Assembly: GCA_963662545.2 (NCBI GenBank)
Contig: CAXXLL010000003.1
Span: 2,395,856 to 2,459,855 of the forward strand
DNA: 64,000 bases
Reading direction: 5' to 3'
Origin: Gammaproteobacteria bacterium
Lineage (GTDB): Bacteria > Pseudomonadota > Gammaproteobacteria > Ga0077536
The translations under genes and the position numbers were made by a program. Below, piece after piece: positions 1 to 7,698 of this stretch (position 1 is the stretch's first letter; every line of letters starts with the position of its first letter). The notes beneath the pieces are model-generated. The model searched no databases. It was given only the letters and a program-made list of their open reading frames with translations, and was not told where the DNA came from.

Positions 1-767
1 CACGGACCGACCACGATCGTGCCGGCGAGGATCGCAATGACGCCCAGGCGCCACGACACCGTAGACCTTAACGCGAGCACGAGCGCGACTACGACCAGTG
101 CATAAGCAAGGTAAACGAATTCTGGACGCGTCATGGTCAAGAGCCCCACCGACAAGCCGAGCATGATGTACCAGCGTAAGGCGCCGCGGGCCGCCATGCA
201 GAGAGAGACAGTCAGCAGCGCGCACAGCAGGATCGAAAGGTTTTCGGTCAACAACGCATTGGCGTAATAACTGAACTGTCCGGAAAGAGCGGCGCACAGC
301 GCCGAAGCCCACGCCCCGGCGGCTCCACCCGCCACGATCCCGCCCGCGAACCAGATCAACGCGAGAGCGGCGACCGCTATCGCCGCCTGCACGGCCCTCA
401 CCCCGTCGAACGAATACAAGCAATCGGAATCACCGGGGAGCAGGAAACACCTCAATTGCTCCGGGGGCGGTTCACCGAGATGGAATACCCCGGCGAGAAA
501 AGCCGGATAGAGTGGCGTATTGGCGCGCGCAGGCAGCGGTGCTGCCGCATTCCCCGGCCGGGATAAGCCGAAGACGCCGTGCTGGTACAGGTTGAGAGCG
601 TAGTCCAGGTAACGCACCGCGTCGAAACGCGGTTCCTGCCAGCGCTCGAAGACGTACTGACTCGTCACCTGGACGGTGAAGGCAACGATTAGAAACACGG
701 CCCACTGGACGCCGCCGGGTCGAAAGCCGCGCGACGCCGAGTCTGTCCCGTTGCCCCCTACGGCCAC
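1..767 (-). CDS. GT-C fold (ArnT/PMT/GT39-like) integral membrane glycosyltransferase; only the N-terminal part is present because the gene runs off the window start
   Basis: Not in the ORF track (no stop inside the window). Manual minus-strand translation from GTG at 767 is open down to position 3: VAVGGNGTDSASRGFRPGGVQWAVFLIVAFTVQVTSQYVFERWQEPRFDAVRYLDYALNLYQHGVFGLSR..PLYPAFLAGV.. followed by several hydrophobic helices. It lies directly downstream of the GT2 gene on the same strand. The start codon is uncertain because the frame stays open upstream of 767. Confidence 0.5.
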   Translation of the reverse strand, partial: MAVGGNGTDSASRGFRPGGVQWAVFLIVAFTVQVTSQYVFERWQEPRFDAVRYLDYALNLYQHGVFGLSRPGNAAAPLPARANTPLYPAFLAGVFHLGEPPPEQLRCFLLPGDSDCLYSFDGVRAVQAAIAVAALALIWFAGGIVAGGAAGAWASALCAALSGQFSYYANALLTENLSILLCALLTVSLCMAARGALRWYIMLGLSVGLLTMTRPEFVYLAYALVVVALVLALRSTVSWRLGVIAILAGTIVVGP

Positions 768-795
768 GCTCCGATGATGCCCGCTACTCAGCGGC

Positions 796-1827
796 TCAAT
801 CCCAATGCGCGTGCTTGCCCAGCAGCCGCCGCAACGGCACCGTCGGTTCGTTGTTGATATCGAAGTGAATCGCCGACAACAGCATCTGCACGCCGACGAT
901 GACGGGCAGCGCCGCGAGCATGACCGTGCCGGCGGTGGCAGCCACGCTGGTGCGGATGCTCTCCAACCACTCCGTCGCGCCGAAGTAGATACCGAACGCC
1001 AGCATGGCCGGCCCGAGCAGCCATTCAACCGAGGCAACACTGAATCCGCGCAGGAAATAATTGTAGAAAAGGCGCTTGAGGAAGTTGATCCCGTGCCGAA
1101 ACGCGAATGTGACCATCGCGCGACGCAATCGAATGCCGCTGTGCTCATCGCCGTAGCGCGCGTGCATCGGGATGTCGAGAACCACGGCGCGCAGCGTGTT
1201 CAGGCGGAACAGCATGTCCGATTCGAAAAAATAGCCGTCGTCGACGTCGTCGAGCGGCATGAGTTCGAGCACCTGCGCGTCGATCGCGGTGAATCCATTG
1301 TTTGGATCGAACAACTGCCAGTATCCCGTGGAGAGTTTACTGACGAAGGACAGTGCGGTGTTGCCGATGAGTCTCGCCAGCGGCATCGAGCCGATCCCGC
1401 TGAGGCGATAGAAACGGTTGCCCTTGGTGTAATCGGCAACATCGGAGAGGATGGGATTGAGCAGGTGGGGGATCTCGGCCGGGTCCATCTGCCCGTCGCC
1501 GTCGAGCTTGACGATGATCTCCATGCCGTCGGCGAGCGCCGCACGGTAACCCGATTTCATGGCCGCGCCGACGCCGCGGTTGTGCTCGTGGTAGAGGACG
1601 CGGACGCGCTGGTCTTCGACCTTATCCTCGATGTATCGACCGGTGCCATCGGGGCAGCCGTCGTCCACGCAATAAATCCGGGTAACCTCTTCTGGCATGG
1701 CGCTCAACACCTCGAGTATGGAGGCGCGTTCGCGATGACAGGGGATGACGACGCCGACGGCGGCCTGGCGCGGGCTGGCGTCGGCCTGGCGGCTTGGAAA
1801 CCTGACAGCTTTTGCCTGCGATATCAT
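796..1827 (-). CDS. Family 2 glycosyltransferase, polyprenyl-phosphate sugar transferase type (ArnC/GtrB/DPM1-like)
   Basis: 343 aa. GT2 core VVIPCHRE..DDGCPDGT..HNRGVGAAMKSGY..KLDGDGQMDP (DxD-type) plus two C-terminal TM helices. The antisense 344 aa ORF is rejected. Confidence 0.8.
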   Translation of the reverse strand: MISQAKAVRFPSRQADASPRQAAVGVVIPCHRERASILEVLSAMPEEVTRIYCVDDGCPDGTGRYIEDKVEDQRVRVLYHEHNRGVGAAMKSGYRAALADGMEIIVKLDGDGQMDPAEIPHLLNPILSDVADYTKGNRFYRLSGIGSMPLARLIGNTALSFVSKLSTGYWQLFDPNNGFTAIDAQVLELMPLDDVDDGYFFESDMLFRLNTLRAVVLDIPMHARYGDEHSGIRLRRAMVTFAFRHGINFLKRLFYNYFLRGFSVASVEWLLGPAMLAFGIYFGATEWLESIRTSVAATAGTVMLAALPVIVGVQMLLSAIHFDINNEPTVPLRRLLGKHAHWD

Positions 1828-2096
1828 GGCTCGGACTAGCGTGGTTCAGCACAGGTGCGGCGCTGACACGCGCTCTTGGTTGCGGTGCGGCGGGCGCATG
1901 CAACGATAGCATGAATCGCCGCACAGCAAGTAGATTGCCGCGACCATTCCCCAACCAGTGATCGCCGAGGAACGACTATTTTTTTACAGCATCACACAGA
2001 GGGTACTCCAAAATATTAGTACGATTACTTTGTGTTTGCGTAATCATTTTTTGTGTTTCTGGACGTGCATGAGCTAGCTGGTATTTCTCGCCGCGG

Positions 2097-3182
2097 TCAA
2101 TAGACGATGACGCCGCGCGCGTTGACGCCTTTCTCGAGATCCTCGAAGGCCTGCGGTGCCTCGTCGAGCGAGTAGGTGCGCGTGATCAATCGGTCCAGGT
2201 CCAGCTTCTTCTGACGGTACAGATCCAGGTACAGGGGGAAATCGACCTTGAAATTGGCACTGCCGTACATGCAGCCCTTGATCGTCTTAGCGGTGAAGGG
2301 AACGATCATCGCGTTGAACGAAAAACGATCGTCTGTGCGGCCGACGCCGACCAGCACCGTCATGCCGTTCATGCGTGTCGATTTGAAGCACTGTTCGACC
2401 AGTTTGCCGCTGCCGACCACTTCAAATGCGTAATCGACGCCGATGCCGCCGGTCAGGCCCAGGATCTCTTTGAAGGCATCGCCTTCCCCGGGTGCGACCG
2501 TATCCGTGGCCCCGAAGAGCCTGGCCAGTTCCAGCTTCTCGGTCGAGAGATCGACGGCGATGATCTGCGCCGCGCCCGCGATCCGTGCGCCCTGGATCAC
2601 ATTGAGGCCGACTCCGCCGCAGCCGAACACCGCGACGGTCGAGCCCGTCTTGACTTCCGCGGTCTTGATCGCAGCGCCGACGCCGGTGGTCACGCCGCAG
2701 CCGACCAGCGCGGCCGCCTTGAAATCATAGGACTTGTCGATCGCGACGACGCAGACCGACGGCACCACGCAGTATTCCGCCATGTTGCCGAGAAAGGACA
2801 TGACCGCGATTTCCTCACCATTCAAGCGCACCCGGCTCGTGCCGTCCATCAAACCACCGTGCGGCTTATTCTTCTGGCACAGATGCGGTTCGCTTCGATT
2901 ACAAAAAAAGCAATCGCCGCAGTTCGGCACGAATGAGAGCACGACGTGATCGCCCGGCGCGACGTTCGTGACGCCTTCGCCCACCTCCTCAACGATGCCG
3001 GCGCCCTCGTGGCCCAGCACCGAAGGCAGCTTCCAGCGGATCGTGCCGTTGATGATCGAGAGATCGGAACGACAGATACCGGTCGCCTGCATCTTCACCA
3101 AGACCTCGCCCGCCTTGGGCGCATCCAAGTCTACGTCCACCACTGAAAAATCATCGATTGCGTGTGCCACTACTGCCTTCAT
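2097..3182 (-). CDS. Zn-dependent medium-chain alcohol dehydrogenase (class III / formaldehyde-DH-like)
   Basis: Start taken at MKAVVAHA, 38 codons inside the 399 aa ORF. Motifs: GICRSDLS, GHEGAGIVEEVGEGV, structural-Zn cluster CGDCFFCNRSEPHLC, Rossmann GCGGVGLN. Confidence 0.85.
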   Translation of the reverse strand: MKAVVAHAIDDFSVVDVDLDAPKAGEVLVKMQATGICRSDLSIINGTIRWKLPSVLGHEGAGIVEEVGEGVTNVAPGDHVVLSFVPNCGDCFFCNRSEPHLCQKNKPHGGLMDGTSRVRLNGEEIAVMSFLGNMAEYCVVPSVCVVAIDKSYDFKAAALVGCGVTTGVGAAIKTAEVKTGSTVAVFGCGGVGLNVIQGARIAGAAQIIAVDLSTEKLELARLFGATDTVAPGEGDAFKEILGLTGGIGVDYAFEVVGSGKLVEQCFKSTRMNGMTVLVGVGRTDDRFSFNAMIVPFTAKTIKGCMYGSANFKVDFPLYLDLYRQKKLDLDRLITRTYSLDEAPQAFEDLEKGVNARGVIVY

Positions 3183-3359
3183 GAGGGCCGATCTCCCGAA
3201 ATTCATGCCAAAATTTTGTAAGGGCGCGAGGTTACCATTTCTGGCCTCGATTTGGGTCCCCAGGAGGCCACTGCCTGCGCGCGTCTCATGATGCATTCAA
3301 CCGCCCGGATCTGATAGGCTTCGGGGCTGTCACCTGCCAATTAAGGGCGAGCTAGGCCA

Positions 3360-4511
3360 ATGGAATACCGGATCAAGCAACTCCTTGCTGCACTCTTCTC
3401 AATCGTCATATTCGCAAGCGCCTCCGCGGAACTGAAACCTGAGGTCACGAAGGCCGCAACCCTGCCGGACAAGCCGGGCGCCCACTGGTTCTGGGTCAAC
3501 GATATAGTCTTCAATCACATGGAAGCCGGCAAAGCGTTTCTAATCGACGGCGACAGCGGGCAGATGCTCGGCATGCTGAGCGTCGGCTACTTCTTCGCAT
3601 CGCTGATCCTGCCGTCGGATTACGGCACGATTTATTCGCCCGAGATCTATTACACGCGGGGAACCCGCGGTAAGCGCGAAGACATCGTCGCCTACTATGA
3701 TCCGAAAAACCTGTCACTGCTCCACGAGATCGACATTCCGCCAAAGAAATCGAGTTCGGTCTCACTCGTCGGCCACGCCAACCTGACCAGCGACGACCGC
3801 TTTTTTGCGGTCTACAACTTCACGCCCGCGCAATCCATCTCTCTGGTCGACATCGAGGCCCGGAAATTCCTCGCCGAAGTTGAAACACCGGGTTGCGCCC
3901 AGGTTTATTCGGCGGGGCCGCGTGCTTTCAACATGGTCTGCGGCGACGGCACCATGTTGACACTCAAGCTCGATGACGACGGCAAGGTGACGGCGACTGA
4001 ACAAAGCAAAAAGTTCTACGAGCCCCAGGGCGACACCATCGACGACAAGGTCGCCCGGGTCGGCGACACCTGGTATTTCTTCACCATGGAGGGCATCGTC
4101 AAGCCCATTGACATGGCCGGTGGCAATCCGAAATTCGAAGAGGAATGGCAGCTCTTCGGCGAAGGCGACGCCGCTTGGCGGCCCGGCGGCTATCAGTACG
4201 CGACCATCAATACCGCGCACTCGGAGCTCTACGTACTCGTTCATGAAGGCGGGAAGTGGACGCATAAGGATCCGGGTAAGGACGTTTGGGTTTACGATCT
4301 GAAAACGAACAAGCGCGTCCGCAAGATAAAACTAGACCACAAGGCCGGATCGATCGAGGTCAGCCAGGACGCGGAACCGGTGCTTTTGACCGCGTATGCC
4401 GGCTCGTCTGACGTACATATCTATGACGCGCGTTCGGGCAAATACTTACGCGGCCTGAAAGAGATCGGGTTTTCTCCCATCCTTCTCCAATCCGTTCCGA
4501 TGGTGAAATGA
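3360..4511 (+). CDS. mauB: TTQ-dependent methylamine/aromatic amine dehydrogenase heavy (beta-propeller) subunit
   Basis: 383 aa with signal peptide (..FASASA/ELKPE). Sequence HWFWVNDIVFNHMEAGKAFLIDGDSGQMLGMLS..IYSPEIYYTRGTRGKREDIV is typical of MADH/AADH heavy chains. It is followed by mauE/D/A. Confidence 0.85.
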   Translation: MEYRIKQLLAALFSIVIFASASAELKPEVTKAATLPDKPGAHWFWVNDIVFNHMEAGKAFLIDGDSGQMLGMLSVGYFFASLILPSDYGTIYSPEIYYTRGTRGKREDIVAYYDPKNLSLLHEIDIPPKKSSSVSLVGHANLTSDDRFFAVYNFTPAQSISLVDIEARKFLAEVETPGCAQVYSAGPRAFNMVCGDGTMLTLKLDDDGKVTATEQSKKFYEPQGDTIDDKVARVGDTWYFFTMEGIVKPIDMAGGNPKFEEEWQLFGEGDAAWRPGGYQYATINTAHSELYVLVHEGGKWTHKDPGKDVWVYDLKTNKRVRKIKLDHKAGSIEVSQDAEPVLLTAYAGSSDVHIYDARSGKYLRGLKEIGFSPILLQSVPMVK

Positions 4512-4526
4512 ACCGCGGCCAGTAAG

Positions 4527-5081
4527 GTGCCCGAATTGGACCCCGTCATTGTTCTCTCCGCACGCTACGGCCTGGCGCTTCTGCTGCTGTCGGCGGCGGT
4601 CGGAAAACTTCGCGGCTTAACGTATTTCCGCGGCAATCTACGGGAGTACGCCCTGCTCCCCGATCCAATCGTTCCCATGGCAGCCGTCCTCATTCCGCTG
4701 GTCGAATTGATGATCGCGGCGGCGGCCGTGAATACCGCCACGGGCGCGCACGCCATGATCGCAGGCGGCACCCTGCTCGGTGTCTATGCGTTTGCGATAG
4801 GTATCAATCTTCTGCGCGGACGCAGCGATATCGACTGCGGTTGCACGGGACCCGCCGCACGGCAGACGCTGAACGGATGGTTGGTGCTGCGTAATATCGC
4901 TTTGATCGCGGTTGCGGCGTGCGGCGCCGCAGCGCCCGCGACGCGCCCGCTCGGCGCGCTGGACTTCGCCGTGCTACTCCTCGCTGTTGGCAGTGGTTCG
5001 GTTCTTTACGCGGCGGTCAATCAGTTGACGGCCAACGCGCCTCACCTCGACGCGATGGACGCCTACATGGAGCAACCCTAA
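4527..5081 (+). CDS. mauE: MauE-family membrane protein (amine dehydrogenase maturation/export accessory)
   Basis: 184 aa, about 4 TM helices, IDCGC motif, GTG start. Its stop overlaps the next start (TAATG at 5079-5083). Confidence 0.75.
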   Translation: MPELDPVIVLSARYGLALLLLSAAVGKLRGLTYFRGNLREYALLPDPIVPMAAVLIPLVELMIAAAAVNTATGAHAMIAGGTLLGVYAFAIGINLLRGRSDIDCGCTGPAARQTLNGWLVLRNIALIAVAACGAAAPATRPLGALDFAVLLLAVGSGSVLYAAVNQLTANAPHLDAMDAYMEQP

Positions 5082-5710
5082 TGGAAAGCGCGCTGACCGT
5101 CTCCAATCTCATCTTGTGGATCGTCGTTATCGTGCTGGGTGTAACCGTGCTGGCGCTGGCGCGACAGGTCGGCGTGATCTTCGAACGGATCGCACCGGCC
5201 GGAGCGCTCACGATCGGCGCCGGTCCGGGTGCCGGCGACGAAGCCCCGATCATGGATTTAGAAACCCTGGACGGAAAGCCGATACGGCTCGGCGGACCGA
5301 GTGAGGCGTCGCGCACGACCCTGATATTCTTCCTGTCGCCGACCTGCCCGATCTGCGACACCCTGCTGCCGGTGTTGCGTTCACTCAAGAAAGACGAATC
5401 GGGCTGGCTCGATATCGTCCTTGCCAGCGACGGCGAACTCGCCGAGCAACGCGCGTTCCACGAGCGCAAACGCCTTGCCGATTTTCCCTATATCGTTTCC
5501 ACCCAGCTCGGGCTGACCTACCAAGTCGGTAAGCTGCCCTTCGCCGTGCTGATCGATGAGGCGGGCGTGGTCTGCGCCAAGGGGCTCACCAACAACCGTG
5601 AACACCTAGAAAGCCTGTTCGAAGCGAAGGAGCGGGGAGTATCATCCATTCAGGAATACGTCGCCCAACAGCATGCAGGCGGCGCCGACGGCAAGCGGGA
5701 CGTCGCCTGA
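5081..5710 (+). CDS. mauD: MauD-family thioredoxin-fold protein (CPIC active site) with N-terminal membrane anchor
   Basis: Start at MESALTVSNLILWIVV.. (ATG 5081), internal to track ORF 4919..5710. Redox motif LSPTCPICD. Sits between mauE and mauA. Confidence 0.75.
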   Translation: MESALTVSNLILWIVVIVLGVTVLALARQVGVIFERIAPAGALTIGAGPGAGDEAPIMDLETLDGKPIRLGGPSEASRTTLIFFLSPTCPICDTLLPVLRSLKKDESGWLDIVLASDGELAEQRAFHERKRLADFPYIVSTQLGLTYQVGKLPFAVLIDEAGVVCAKGLTNNREHLESLFEAKERGVSSIQEYVAQQHAGGADGKRDVA

Positions 5711-5745
5711 AGGCGGTCAATGTCTTAAATCAAGGATCTGAACTC

Positions 5746-6285
5746 ATGAAATGGTTGGATAAGTATTCGGAACTCGGCACACGGAACCTGGCGCGACACG
5801 CCGCCCGGCGCAGCTTTCTGACCCGCTTCGGGGCCGTTCTCGTCGGCGCCGCCGCCTTTCCGACCTTGCCGGTGGCCCGCGCTGATTCCCATCGGATGCC
5901 GGCACCGGATGAATCCGGGATCGAGGGCGATCCGGGCAATCCGCAAAGCTGCGATTACTGGCGTTACTGCAGCATGGACGGATTTTTGTGCTCGTGCTGT
6001 GGCGGCACGATGAATTCCTGTCCGCCGGGAACCGAGCCCTCGCCCATTACATGGATCGGTACCTGCCGCAATCCCACCGATGGCAAGGATTACATCATTT
6101 CCTACAACGACTGCTGCGGCAAGAGCGGTTGCGGGCGGTGCTTTTGTAACACCAACGTCGGCGACGCACCGATATTCAGGCCCTCGCTCGATAACGACAT
6201 CAACTGGTGCATCGGCACGAAGAGCAACGCCTATCACTGCTCCGTGGGTGCGGTCATTGGGGTCGCGACCGAAAAGAAGGCCTGA
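5746..6285 (+). CDS. mauA: TTQ amine dehydrogenase light subunit (tryptophan tryptophylquinone-bearing)
   Basis: 179 aa. Tat-type leader (RRSFLTRFGAVLVGAAA). Cys-rich mature part CDYWRYCSMDGFLCSCCGG..CPPGT..ITWIGTC..DCCGKSGCGRCFC..DINWCIG matches the MADH/AADH light-chain pattern, including the two TTQ Trp contexts. Confidence 0.9.
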   Translation: MKWLDKYSELGTRNLARHAARRSFLTRFGAVLVGAAAFPTLPVARADSHRMPAPDESGIEGDPGNPQSCDYWRYCSMDGFLCSCCGGTMNSCPPGTEPSPITWIGTCRNPTDGKDYIISYNDCCGKSGCGRCFCNTNVGDAPIFRPSLDNDINWCIGTKSNAYHCSVGAVIGVATEKKA

Positions 6286-6301
6286 CGGACGGGTTCTCCA
6301 G

Positions 6302-6775
6302 ATGGCGGTCCGCACCGCTTTAAGTTGTCCAGGAACGGTGGCCGGCGCGCTCCTCCTCGGCGCTTGTATCTCACTCAGCGCGGTGTCGACGGCCGCCGCC
6401 GAGGTCAATTCACCTCGTGTCGACTTCATGCTCGAATGCCAGGGCTGCCATCTGCCCGGGGGCATCGGAATAACCGAGATCGGGGTACCCCGCCTGAAGG
6501 GTCATGTGTCCAAGTTTCTGCATTCGGCCGAGGGGCGGGCGTTTCTCTTGCGCGTACCCGGCGTCGCCCAGTCCGCCCTCTCCGATGGTCGCCTGGCGGC
6601 GGTCATGAACTGGATGGTGCGGGAGTTCGATCCGGACAACCTGCCGGTCGATTTCGAAGACTATCAGGTCGATGAAGTGAGCCGGTGGCGCATACAGATC
6701 CTGCGAAACGTCAATCAGCTACGCGGCCCGATTCTCGAGGCGTCGGGATTCGATCCGAACGACGGGTATCGGTAA
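6302..6775 (+). CDS. Small periplasmic monoheme c-type cytochrome
   Basis: Start at MAVRTALSCPG.. (ATG 6302) inside track ORF 6080..6775. Signal peptide and a single CQGCH heme-binding motif. Lies 17 nt downstream of mauA. Confidence 0.7.
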   Translation: MAVRTALSCPGTVAGALLLGACISLSAVSTAAAEVNSPRVDFMLECQGCHLPGGIGITEIGVPRLKGHVSKFLHSAEGRAFLLRVPGVAQSALSDGRLAAVMNWMVREFDPDNLPVDFEDYQVDEVSRWRIQILRNVNQLRGPILEASGFDPNDGYR

Positions 6776-6792
6776 CGGTCGCCTACGGCTCG

Positions 6793-6815
6793 TTCGCCCG
6801 CAAGCGGGCTCCTAG
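6793..6815. repeat. REP-like element, single copy (TTCGCCCGCAAGCGGGCTCCTA)
   Basis: The same 22-24 nt palindromic unit recurs as inverted pairs at 11402-11464, 36634-36713 and 55433-55498. Confidence 0.8.
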
Positions 6816-6976
6816 TGTGCCGTCCCGTAAATATATTTCATAAGTCGCGCAGGGATTTTTGTTCCTGGCAAGGCGCGAGGACGCCGTGTAGTGGGCTCTA
6901 CACTCCGACGAGCAACGCCGCCAGGGGCAAAAAGAACCAGCGAATTGTGGAATATATTTACGGGACGGCACACTAG
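6812..6976. repeat. 165 bp palindromic, MITE-like element bounded by perfect 26 bp inverted repeats
   Basis: Left arm 6812-6837 (CTAGTGTGCCGTCCCGTAAATATATT) is the exact reverse complement of right arm 6951-6976. The interior is an imperfect palindrome centred on GTGTAG-TGGGCT-CTACAC near 6893. No coding capacity. Confidence 0.7.
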
Positions 6977-7551
6977 AAGACGGGCTCCGGCAAGCCCACC
7001 CTTTCCCGAAATTCATTCATCCATCGATCCGCCGACCAGTTGGCATTGGCCTCGGTATTGCGCTCGACGACCTGCCCGGAATCGGCGAGAAAATGGAAGC
7101 ATTCGTGCGCCAGGGTATGAATGGCGCATTCGGCGAGATCGGCGAAACGAAATTCCTGTTCACCGGAGACCCAGCCGCGCAGATTGCGCGTCGATTTGAC
7201 GCGGCCCCAGTGCACATAGGTAAAGGGCGGAGCCTGCTCGATGTTGACGCTGGCCCGGATGCGGTAGCCGTGGTCCCAGCTCTCAGACACTGGGTCTTTG
7301 CGGTAGGGAAAATCGCAGGCCCCATGCAACAGGGTCTTGTGATTGAGCGGCAGGAGCTTGATCCAGTCAAGCCTCTTCGTGTCGTAGGCCGCGAGCTTTG
7401 CGGTGATGAAATTCAACACGTGCGGCATGCCGACTTTGTCGATGAGCCTGTACTCGGTTTCGCGCAGGAGCTCCACGTGAAATAGCTTACCCGTCACAAG
7501 GTATTTAGCCAACACAAACGTGACGAACATTTTCGCAAAGATTGAACGCAA
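6973..7551 (-). CDS. Hypothetical protein with an HExxH motif (possible zinc metallopeptidase-like fold)
   Basis: 192 aa ORF with no competing ORF. TLAHECFHFL contains HExxH. No other family recognised. The stop codon lies inside the right arm of the palindromic element. Confidence 0.45.
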   Translation of the reverse strand: MRSIFAKMFVTFVLAKYLVTGKLFHVELLRETEYRLIDKVGMPHVLNFITAKLAAYDTKRLDWIKLLPLNHKTLLHGACDFPYRKDPVSESWDHGYRIRASVNIEQAPPFTYVHWGRVKSTRNLRGWVSGEQEFRFADLAECAIHTLAHECFHFLADSGQVVERNTEANANWSADRWMNEFRERVGLPEPVF

Positions 7552-7698
7552 TACGAATTCAAGAATCGAAATTAGCGACCGCTAGATCTGTGAGGCCGCC
7601 CGTGGTGTTTATCGGTCGACCGTCGTAGAATTACGCGTCGAATTTATTTATCGACACGCTGGAGAAGGTGTAGACCATCCCCAGCGAAGGAGTGGCGC

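Noticed and set aside
805-1839. Many long ORFs antisense to confident genes. Examples: 805..1839(+), 5725..6465(-), 10531..11403(-), 15306..16079(-), 19600..20367(+), 22203..23999(-, 598 aa), 38445..39773(-, 442 aa), 43265..44035(-), 43903..44718(+), 52674..53462(-), 61917..63038(-), 63173..63787(-).
   Set aside because: These are typical stop-poor antisense frames of ~60% GC DNA. Their translations are Arg/Ala/Gly/Pro-rich with no motifs, while the opposite strand carries clear family signatures in every case.
2097-3296. Full 399 aa ORF for the alcohol dehydrogenase, and similar 5'-extended track ORFs: 4919..5710, 6080..6775, 19798..20280, 34068..35828, 37830..39803, 45542..46867, 52344..54287.
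   Set aside because: The N-terminal extensions are Arg/Pro-rich, overlap upstream genes or run antisense to them. Conserved family N-termini or signal peptides begin at internal start codons, so internal starts were used.
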